Below are positions 57,306 through 64,000 of a DNA stretch of 64,000 nucleotides, in pieces; within the stretch, counting starts at the first letter, position 1; each line of letters starts with the position of its first letter. The translations under genes were made by a program, and so were the position numbers. Source of the stretch: a virus. The notes beneath the pieces were generated by a model. The model saw nothing but the letters and a program-made list of their open reading frames with translations, searched no databases and was not told the DNA's origin. Location of the stretch: positions 32,001-96,000 of IMG/VR virus record IMGVR_UViG_3300027668_001405; one strand, written 5' to 3'.

Positions 57306-58212
57306 ATAATACCTTCGCTAAGAATTTGCTATTAGTAATTAGTTTCAATCTTGTAAACTCATCTGCACAGACAAAGGTATCATAAAACGTATTATACAGT
57401 TCTATGTTAGGTTGGATATGTAGTTTTTGTTCACATATGTATTTATAATAATCCTTACTAGTATCCTTGTTTAGAAGTTTATCCATGTATATTATGTCGT
57501 CTTGTATCTCAACTACATCACTAATGTCTTCATCATCAATATTGAATTTAAATTCTTTAACCCATTTCTTTGTGACAATTTTATTCATAGAAGCTAGGCC
57601 TCTAACAATTGCCATCTCTGCAAGTGATACTGGCTTCTCGTCTAGCCATAGTTTAGTATCTTCTAATGGACCATCAATTTGTTCAGCTATTTTAGTTAGC
57701 ACTGTGTCGTAGCTAATATCTTCATCTACTGATCCAAGATCAAATACACGCTTTAGTTTGTTTATATTACTTGCACATATTACGTTCGTACTTCCATAAT
57801 TAAAACGCTTGTTCCAATCCCAAATATATAATGCACCAGTTTGTCTTACTAAAAACTTAGGTTGATCATCTGGTAGGTTTATGTTGTACGTGCTGTGTGG
57901 TAATACAAATTTAAAATGACTGTCGAGTAAAGGTAGATCTTCTATGTCAGTACAAGGCTTTAAGGCCTTATTTAATAGTCCAATGTGATCTGGTGCCAGC
58001 TCTAGAGCTTTAAGGTTTTTGTGAATGTTGCTAGGGCCAATTACATCTTCCCCATCTTCATTTTTAAAATAGGTTTGTTTATTCCACATGTCATCTAAAC
58101 TCTGTGGAAACGCACCCATGTCATGAGAGTAGGTCAGCAAGTGATCTAATACACTTGACTGCCCACACGCATTTCTATGATTTATGTTTACTAGAAGATT
58201 ATTTATTGCCAT
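57286..58212 (-). CDS. hypothetical protein
   Basis: About 308 aa; ATG 58212 overlaps the clamp loader stop region. Confidence 0.65.
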   Translation of the reverse strand: MAINNLLVNINHRNACGQSSVLDHLLTYSHDMGAFPQSLDDMWNKQTYFKNEDGEDVIGPSNIHKNLKALELAPDHIGLLNKALKPCTDIEDLPLLDSHFKFVLPHSTYNINLPDDQPKFLVRQTGALYIWDWNKRFNYGSTNVICASNINKLKRVFDLGSVDEDISYDTVLTKIAEQIDGPLEDTKLWLDEKPVSLAEMAIVRGLASMNKIVTKKWVKEFKFNIDDEDISDVVEIQDDIIYMDKLLNKDTSKDYYKYICEQKLHIQPNIELYNTFYDTFVCADEFTRLKLITNSKFLAKVLCDETDY

Positions 58213-59131
58213 TAAGTGTTCTACTGATTTCAATCAATGTAGCACTTAGGTTAATCTCTGGATCGGCTACCTGTGTATGCTTAATCATGCCTTCGCGAAT
58301 TGCAAGTACACAACTATCATATGTGAAGTCGTCATGTGTATATAAATCCAAGTTCTTGTATAGCCAAGTAAAGATGTCATTGTATTCATCTGCCCTTGCA
58401 CTGCCTACAATAAGTTTACGTGCATCTTGTATCTTACCTGCTCTAAACAGTTCTACCATGTTAACACGCCACTCGCTTGTACTTCCACCATCTTCTGGTA
58501 GTAGTAGCTTGTTATCAACAATAGTCATTTGCACTGTGTTAATAGTTTTACGCAAGTCTGGATAGTTTGCACGAACCATTGCATCTAATGTTTCTAAGTC
58601 AAAGTCAACTTTATTGTCTGCAAGTATTTCAGCAACCCGTACTGTAAAGTCTGTTTGGTCTAATGATTCAATGTGGAATCCTTGACACCTACTGTGTAAT
58701 GCAGGAATAATCATGTTAGGATAGTTACACGTTAAAATAAATCGTACACTGTGATGATACTGTTCCATAACTCCACGCAATGCCGCTTGACCTTCTGGAC
58801 TAATATGATCAGCCTCATCAAGTAGAATAACTTTAAAGTCACCCCATGGCATAGTTTCACTAAACGCTGAAATCTTCTTACGAATCATTTCAACACCATT
58901 GTCTCGACTAGCGTTAATGTAAAGTACATCTGCTGGTTCTAGGCCCAACTCTTTAATTAGTACTTTAGCTAGTGTAGTTTTACCTGTGCCAGGACTACCA
59001 CTAAACAATAGATGAGGAATGCCTTTATCGTCAATCCAGTTTTGCACTTGCTTACGCTGTGCTTCATCTTTAAATACGTACTCTTTTACATTGTCTGGTC
59101 GATACTTTTCAACCCATAAATCTCTAGCCAT
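58199..59131 (-). CDS. sliding clamp loader subunit (RFC small / T4 gp44-like)
   Basis: LWVEKYRP, GSPGTGKTT, INAS, LLDEAD, HSRC, DLRKTIN. Confidence 0.92.
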   Translation of the reverse strand: MARDLWVEKYRPDNVKEYVFKDEAQRKQVQNWIDDKGIPHLLFSGSPGTGKTTLAKVLIKELGLEPADVLYINASRDNGVEMIRKKISAFSETMPWGDFKVILLDEADHISPEGQAALRGVMEQYHHSVRFILTCNYPNMIIPALHSRCQGFHIESLDQTDFTVRVAEILADNKVDFDLETLDAMVRANYPDLRKTINTVQMTIVDNKLLLPEDGGSTSEWRVNMVELFRAGKIQDARKLIVGSARADEYNDIFTWLYKNLDLYTHDDFTYDSCVLAIREGMIKHTQVADPEINLSATLIEISRTLNGNK

Positions 59132-59133
59132 CT

Positions 59134-59295
59134 TTAATCAATCTCCATTAGTTTTTCGTCTTCATCATCATAAGGTACCTCAGGGTTTAAATCCTGTACT
59201 TCTTGTTGTGTATAACAGCTTGGGTCTTTAATACCGTACTTGTTCATCATACCAAGTGCCCATGTAGACACGTCATCTCTAGTTTTAAAAGTCAT
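59134..59295 (-). CDS. small hypothetical protein (53 aa), not in the ORF track
   Basis: Manual translation MTFKTRDDVSTWALG..EKLMEID; RBS GAGG; follows a promoter. Confidence 0.6.
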   Translation of the reverse strand: MTFKTRDDVSTWALGMMNKYGIKDPSCYTQQEVQDLNPEVPYDDEDEKLMEID

Positions 59296-59324
59296 GTTAC
59301 CTCTATGTTTCATTGTTATAGTTT

Positions 59325-59353
59325 ATTATACAGTAATATGACACTAAAGTCAA
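59325..59353 (-). promoter_or_regulatory. sigma70-type promoter
   Basis: Reverse-strand TTGACT-17-TATAAT. Confidence 0.75.
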
Positions 59354-59505
59354 TCACTGATAATTTTGGTTTCCCAATTCTCAGCACAATCTTCTGCATA
59401 TCTTTTACTATGACCTTGACAGTCACGTATATGAACAAGTTTGCCTTCTTCATCATACATCTCTACAATGTATGATTTTACTTCTTTAACTATCGCTTTT
59501 CTCAT
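59350..59505 (-). CDS. small hypothetical protein (51 aa), not in the ORF track
   Basis: Manual translation MRKAIVKEVKSYIVEMYDEEGK..ENWETKIISD. Confidence 0.55.
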   Translation of the reverse strand: MRKAIVKEVKSYIVEMYDEEGKLVHIRDCQGHSKRYAEDCAENWETKIISD

Positions 59506-59722
59506 TTTGTTTGATCCGTTCTTGAATCAGCACATGTTGTTCTTCAATTAGTTTACGTTGTCGTTCTAATTCAAGGTACTGTTCTTCGATGTCATCTAAA
59601 CGTTGTTTCTTAATATCCGGAAATTGCAATACATTATCATCCATCCATTTAGACTTGAAAACTTTATCTGTCATCTTGCTTATCTTTCTTTGCTGGAAAT
59701 TGTGAAGGGAATGCTCTTTCAA
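59486..59722 (-). CDS. hypothetical coiled-coil protein
   Basis: NVLQFPDIK..; likely starts at the internal Met. Confidence 0.5.
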   Translation of the reverse strand: MKEHSLHNFQQRKISKMTDKVFKSKWMDDNVLQFPDIKKQRLDDIEEQYLELERQRKLIEEQHVLIQERIKQNEKSDS

Positions 59723-59906
59723 GCATATCTGCGATCATTATGATCAATACAGTCGCCCAACCTAATGGACCTGCTACAAACAAGTAAGTAAACATTTGCC
59801 AATTCTTTGCTTCCTTACCTACATGTTTCTTTGCGTACATAATTATACACATAAACCAAACTATTGCAACTATTATACATAGTAGCATCATTGCATATTT
59901 TTCCAT
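59664..59906 (-). CDS. small membrane protein
   Basis: Two hydrophobic segments. Confidence 0.55.
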   Translation of the reverse strand: MEKYAMMLLCIIVAIVWFMCIIMYAKKHVGKEAKNWQMFTYLFVAGPLGWATVLIIMIADMLERAFPSQFPAKKDKQDDR

Positions 59907-59907
59907 T

Positions 59908-60117
59908 TTACCACCATCCTAATGTTCTACCGTTGCCGGCTATAATTGCCATACAAGTTGCAACGTGTAGTACTATCCAAAATGTTCTAAACGCTAGTGC
60001 CTTTTTAACATCACTTTGGAGAATAGGCAAAAATTCTGGCTTGTCCTCGTCTGTAATCCCAATTGGCATACCTACTGTTCTAGCCCATACTTTTAAGAAT
60101 CTTCGTTGCCCACTCAT
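59908..60117 (-). CDS. small membrane protein
   Basis: WARTVGMPIG..RTFWIVLHV. Confidence 0.55.
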   Translation of the reverse strand: MSGQRRFLKVWARTVGMPIGITDEDKPEFLPILQSDVKKALAFRTFWIVLHVATCMAIIAGNGRTLGWW

Positions 60118-61064
60118 TAAATCTTATGTGTAAACAAACTGCTTACACTTTCTTCATTACTTACTCTTCGAATTGCTTCACCAAACATAGTTGATACACT
60201 TACTACTCGTGTTTTCTTACAATTGCTTGGACAGCTAAATTCAATACTATCTGTAATAACAAGTTCTTCAAGAGCACTGTCTTCTACTTTCTGACATGCT
60301 TTATTAGTCAGTACACCGTGTGTGATATAAGCTCGTACACTTAATGCACCTGCGTCCATAATTGCTTGTGCGGCATTACATAACGTTCCACCACTATCAA
60401 TAATGTCGTCTACTAGAATAGCATGTTGTCCTTCAACAACACCAATCAACCCCATAACTTCACTCTCACCAGCTCGTGGTCGACGTTTGTCTACAATAGC
60501 AATATCACCACCAAACATATCTGCAAATTTACGAGCTCGTACTGTACCGCCTGCATCAGGACTTACAAATACTGTACCAGCACTAGTGTCTACATTATAT
60601 TTAATATCTTTTGCGAATGCAATGCGTGATGTTAAATCATCAACAGGAATATCAAAGAAGCCCTGTATCTGTCCTGCGTGTAAATCCATTGTAAGGATTC
60701 TATCTGCACCGGATTCAGTAATTAGGTTTGCTACTAGTTTTGCTGTAATAGGTGTGCGACTTGCACTTTTACGATCTTGTCGAGCGTAACCAAAGTAAGG
60801 GATAACTGCTGTGATACGTCTAGCACTGCTACGTTTAGCGGCGTCTATCATTATCATTAGTTCCATTAGGTTGTCGTTAACAGGTGTACTTGTTGATTGT
60901 ATGATGAAAACATCCTCGCCTCTAATGTTTTCGTTAAACTCAACACTAGTCTCGCCGTCTGGAAAAGACTTAATTTCAGCTGGTACAAGTGTCGCAAAAC
61001 AATGGTCCGCAATTTTGGTTGCCATTTCAATGTTACTGTTGCCTGCGATTATTTTCATCTTCAT
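60117..61064 (-). CDS. prs: ribose-phosphate pyrophosphokinase
   Basis: [43 protein letters not shown]. Confidence 0.96.
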   Translation of the reverse strand: MKMKIIAGNSNIEMATKIADHCFATLVPAEIKSFPDGETSVEFNENIRGEDVFIIQSTSTPVNDNLMELMIMIDAAKRSSARRITAVIPYFGYARQDRKSASRTPITAKLVANLITESGADRILTMDLHAGQIQGFFDIPVDDLTSRIAFAKDIKYNVDTSAGTVFVSPDAGGTVRARKFADMFGGDIAIVDKRRPRAGESEVMGLIGVVEGQHAILVDDIIDSGGTLCNAAQAIMDAGALSVRAYITHGVLTNKACQKVEDSALEELVITDSIEFSCPSNCKKTRVVSVSTMFGEAIRRVSNEESVSSLFTHKI

Positions 61065-61103
61065 TCAGTTCCCATTCTCTTTGATTGTTTGTAAGTTATG
61101 TAT

Positions 61104-61132
61104 ATTATAGTATACTTTAGGATGCTTGTCAA
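61104..61132 (-). promoter_or_regulatory. sigma70-type promoter for prs
   Basis: Reverse-strand TTGACA-17-TATAAT. Confidence 0.8.
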
Positions 61133-61153
61133 TAGCTATTTCAAACTATTTGG

Positions 61154-61189
61154 AAAAAAAGCTACAGCAAACAGGCCGCCTGCTGTAGC
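61154..61189 (-). terminator. intrinsic terminator after the clpP-like gene
   Basis: 9-bp stem GCTACAGCA/TGCTGTAGC followed by a 7-T tract on the minus strand. Confidence 0.8.
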
Positions 61190-61199
61190 CAATAATTAA

Positions 61200-61841
61200 C
61201 TAGTAAGTGTCAACTATTTTATCTGCGATACCGTGTTTTACCGCTTCTTCTGCACTTAACCATACATCTTCTGCAGGTAGTAAGATTTCTCTGATTTTCT
61301 TTTCAGGTAATCCTGTGCAACGTTTATAGTGTTCTATCATACGTGCTGTTGATAGTTCAAACTCTTTAACACGTGCAAATAGTTCGTGTTCTTTACCTAC
61401 TGAACCCCAACTATATTGGTGTGATAAGATACTTGTATTTCGTGTTAAAATACGTCTACCCTTTTCGCCTGCCATAAATGCAAGCACTCCACATGATGCA
61501 ATCATTCCTAAGCCAACTGTCTTAATTGGTATAGCTGATCCTTTCATAGTATCAATCATACCAAAAGCGGCATGTACTGATCCTCCAGGACTGTTAATAA
61601 TCAGTGTTAGTTCATTAGGACGCTCACTATCTGGTAGTAAGTTTTTCTCAATAATCCATTGAACTACGGGTTTTGTTGTTTCGTAAGTAAACCCATCTGC
61701 AAAGTAGTATACACCTGCATCCCACATCATTTGTCCAGGTTGCTTTGGTTGTCCTAATGGTGCTGGCTTTGCGCCTGCTGGACCACCTTCTAGGGCATCG
61801 CCCATTTGTGCAATTGCACTTTGTAATTTATCAAAATCCAT
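61200..61841 (-). CDS. clpP: ClpP-like serine protease subunit
   Basis: INSPGGSV, GMIASCG (Ser), SHQ (His), DVWLSAEEAVKHGIAD. Confidence 0.88.
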   Translation of the reverse strand: MDFDKLQSAIAQMGDALEGGPAGAKPAPLGQPKQPGQMMWDAGVYYFADGFTYETTKPVVQWIIEKNLLPDSERPNELTLIINSPGGSVHAAFGMIDTMKGSAIPIKTVGLGMIASCGVLAFMAGEKGRRILTRNTSILSHQYSWGSVGKEHELFARVKEFELSTARMIEHYKRCTGLPEKKIREILLPAEDVWLSAEEAVKHGIADKIVDTY

Positions 61842-61897
61842 TTATATTCCTTGTTTAATTTTAAAGTTGTTTACGACTTATCTCGTCGCCTTAATTG

Positions 61898-62275
61898 TTA
61901 ACCTACTGCGACACGACTAGTGTCATCTGATGGTCGTTTACGTACTGACTTTGGAAGTATTGCAATTGTATTATCTTCCATTGGGTTAGTGTCATTTACT
62001 GCTAGGCACTCGTCGTTGTCAATTAGATAAAGTTTTAAATCTTCGTTAATCTTTAGTCCATTACTCCAACGTCCATGTGCAACCATGACGTACTCACCTT
62101 CTTTAATAAAGTCAATTTCTGACCCAACACTGTATACCTTAAACCAACGTGGTCTAACTGCATTCTCAGTAGCATCTTTTTCTGTAAGTATAATGCCACC
62201 TTGTGTTGTTATTGTTTGATCTGGCTTATCAATCATCTCTGCCAAAATCTTATTTTTTGTTGCTTTAACTATCAT
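61898..62275 (-). CDS. GroES-like co-chaperonin
   Basis: TTQGGIIL mobile loop, VYSVG, KEGEYV. Confidence 0.7.
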   Translation of the reverse strand: MIVKATKNKILAEMIDKPDQTITTQGGIILTEKDATENAVRPRWFKVYSVGSEIDFIKEGEYVMVAHGRWSNGLKINEDLKLYLIDNDECLAVNDTNPMEDNTIAILPKSVRKRPSDDTSRVAVG

Positions 62276-62278
62276 TGT

Positions 62279-62650
62279 TTACTCCGTTTCAATGTCTTCC
62301 ATTGTTCCATCACTGTACTCAACCTCAAAATACTGACTTCCGTTATCTCTGGTTCTTGCAGTACGTGATACTTCTGTTACTTTCGTAGCAGTCTTCTTAG
62401 CAGGTTTGTCTACGGGCGTAGTGTCTGTCTCTGGCGCCTGTATACTTACTGGTTCTGTTACACCTGGCACTGTCTTGTCATAGTACTTATTAGCAATATC
62501 TTCTCTTGATATTTCTACGTTGTTTCTATTATCAATAATGTCGCCACGTGCATTCATGTTCAAGTTGCTTACTGCCCTTGTGTTTTCATGTTTTGCCGCC
62601 AATGCTGCCATATCTAGCACTTGGCCTTTAGCTGTTTTTACTCTTTTCAT
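62279..62650 (-). CDS. hypothetical protein
   Basis: MNARGDIID segment; acidic C-terminus. Confidence 0.6.
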   Translation of the reverse strand: MKRVKTAKGQVLDMAALAAKHENTRAVSNLNMNARGDIIDNRNNVEISREDIANKYYDKTVPGVTEPVSIQAPETDTTPVDKPAKKTATKVTEVSRTARTRDNGSQYFEVEYSDGTMEDIETE

Positions 62651-63153
62651 TTTAAGAACTCCTTGATATCAAGTTTATATTTTATGCTATCTATGCGATG
62701 CACACCTAGCAAGTACAGGCAGTAACTAGCTACACTACTACCTCTTCCCACGCCTAGTACTATGTCATTTTTATCACAAGTATCAACTAGGTATTTTAGG
62801 AATTTTAACACAATTACCATGCCTCTGTTTTCATATTCAAGAAGCTCGGTATATACTCTGTCACGTTGCTGTGCTGTAGTACAACGTTCCATTAACATCT
62901 CATTTATATTTATGTTCAAATATTCGTCGGGCATATTCCATTTACGCAAACATTCCTCAACATATGTATCACTGTTATCTTCGTAGTCTGCATTAACCAA
63001 TTCATCTAGGTCAAATGTTTCACACCACTCGTTATAAGTGTTAATTGGTGCAACATCGTCCATAATAACGTTATTTACATTACTACCGCTTAGCCAGCCG
63101 TCAACAATGTCCTGTTCGGAAATAACGTATTGCTTATTTTTGTTCATATGCAT
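62647..63153 (-). CDS. DNA polymerase III alpha (DnaE) fragment
   Basis: RVYTEL..LGVGRGSSVASYCLYLLGVHRID..Y.L matches the DnaE GRGS palm segment; no catalytic DxD. Confidence 0.75.
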   Translation of the reverse strand: MHMNKNKQYVISEQDIVDGWLSGSNVNNVIMDDVAPINTYNEWCETFDLDELVNADYEDNSDTYVEECLRKWNMPDEYLNININEMLMERCTTAQQRDRVYTELLEYENRGMVIVLKFLKYLVDTCDKNDIVLGVGRGSSVASYCLYLLGVHRIDSIKYKLDIKEFLK

Positions 63154-63159
63154 CCTACT

Positions 63160-63188
63160 ATTATATTACTTTTTGGCATAAAAGTCAA
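63160..63188 (-). promoter_or_regulatory. sigma70-type promoter
   Basis: Reverse-strand TTGACT-17-TATAAT; ATG 6 nt after the -10 box. Confidence 0.7.
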
Positions 63189-63471
63189 GCATTTCTTTAA
63201 TTGATTCTGCCTCTGGTATTTCTTCTGGTAGTATAACTTCGCCAATTTCTAGCACTGATCCATCTATTTTATCATTTTTCATCATAGCTGTTTGCACGAT
63301 CTGGTTCTTGTGATCTCTAATTAAGTCAATAAACAAATTAATTTGATCTAACATCTCACCACTCATCTGTGCTTTGGCAGCGGCTAGTACCTTCTTAAGC
63401 ATTTGCTTTTCAAATTCAATAGTCTCTTCCATTGTAAGTGTTTCAAGTGCTTTATCTTTGTAATTAATCAT
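63166..63471 (-). CDS. hypothetical protein
   Basis: 101 aa helical ORF. Confidence 0.6.
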   Translation of the reverse strand: MINYKDKALETLTMEETIEFEKQMLKKVLAAAKAQMSGEMLDQINLFIDLIRDHKNQIVQTAMMKNDKIDGSVLEIGEVILPEEIPEAESIKEMLDFYAKK

Positions 63472-63914
63472 CTCATCATGTCCACTCGTTTTTGGTGTCT
63501 TCCACCTTCGAACTTTGTAGTAAAGAATGTTTTAATTATGGACTTAGCTTTTTGTAAACTAGTAAAATCAGCACCCAAGCATAATACATTTGCATCATTG
63601 TGCTTACGTGCCATTTCAGCTTCTTTTTCTGTTCTACAAACTACTGCTCTTACGCCCGGTACTCTGTTAGCTGTAATTGAAACTCCATAACCTGACCCAC
63701 AAATTAAAATACCTACATTTGATGCTTTACTAGATATTTCAATAGCTAGCTTGTTTGCAATTATAGGGTAATCTGTTTTAACTTCTGTGTGTGGTCCAAC
63801 ATCGTAGAACACAGAGATATCAAAAGTAAGATCTTTATCAATTGGAGTTAACCATTTTGATAATTGGTCTTTAAATTCATAACCTCTATGGTCTGAAGCA
63901 ATGCACAAATCCAT
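63468..63914 (-). CDS. rpiB: ribose-5-phosphate isomerase B family
   Basis: ASDHRG, DYP, LICGSGYG, ARKHNDANVL, FEGGRH..R. Confidence 0.93.
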   Translation of the reverse strand: MDLCIASDHRGYEFKDQLSKWLTPIDKDLTFDISVFYDVGPHTEVKTDYPIIANKLAIEISSKASNVGILICGSGYGVSITANRVPGVRAVVCRTEKEAEMARKHNDANVLCLGADFTSLQKAKSIIKTFFTTKFEGGRHQKRVDMMR

Positions 63915-64000
63915 CTAGATATCTCCGTCCTGACGGTTTTCACTATAGTATGCATCAAAGTCACCACCTGGGTAACGTGCTTTAAGTTTGTCAATGTTCA

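Noticed and set aside
481-60789. Many opposite-strand or alternate-frame ORFs in the track (e.g. 481..972, 19136..19444, 19434..19769, 27251..27682, 39194..39736, 48864..49394, 58104..58565)
   Set aside because: They lie wholly within or antisense to motif-bearing genes and lack RBS or motifs; they are shadow ORFs expected in AT-rich, codon-biased DNA.
1-64000. Alternative genetic code, as in some jumbo phages
   Set aside because: Known enzymes translate full length under the standard code, and TAA, TAG and TGA all end genes at sensible positions.
1-64000. tRNA, rRNA, CRISPR arrays, IS elements, inteins or group I introns
   Set aside because: Intergenic gaps are short with no cloverleaf or repeat-spacer pattern seen; no transposase or homing-endonuclease motifs; ThyX, clamp loader and RNase H are of normal length. 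A weak ncRNA could be missed by eye.
1-64000. Bacterial chromosome origin for the window
   Set aside because: Host-type genes occur as isolated singletons outside their usual operons, among T4-type rnh, clamp loader, small hypotheticals and TATAAATA-like motifs. No structural gene is in the window, so viral origin remains an inference.

Overview
AT-rich, gene-dense segment with overlapping start/stop codons and standard genetic code. It most likely comes from a large T4-related (jumbo-like) tailed phage of a diderm proteobacterial host. This is an inference from the rnh, tdk, thyX, MazG, MoxR/VWA, clamp loader, dnaE fragment, clpP and groES content, the many near-consensus sigma70 promoters, and repeated (T/C/G)ATAAATA late-promoter motifs. 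Genes run on + from 1 to about 53.06 kb and on - from the right end back to a convergence at about 53.06 kb. The dominant feature is a ~29 kb, 31-gene co-directional chemistry cluster (23778-53062). It holds 15 radical-SAM catalytic-domain genes (11 with an N-terminal Cys-rich auxiliary-cluster domain) and 2 stand-alone SPASM/twitch-like genes. It also holds 2 amidinotransferases, 3 non-haem Fe oxygenase-like genes (one KdoO-like), a PLP enzyme, a nitroreductase, an SDR, an MTA/SAH nucleosidase and 2 paralogous unknowns. MetK, SufE, QueE, a UDP-sugar dehydrogenase, a PMM-like HAD and a further split radical-SAM pair lie upstream. The product of this pathway cannot be determined from sequence. 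Other oddities are a radical-SAM gene apparently broken by a 3-gene insertion, a QueE with a Cx3Cx50C motif, a ring-hydroxylating oxygenase alpha subunit lacking Rieske ligands, an ExbB/ExbD-like pair, an autotransporter-like subtilase and a DnaE fragment that stops before the catalytic aspartates. No tRNA, rRNA or CRISPR array was seen. All functional calls come from motif recognition by eye; no searches were run.
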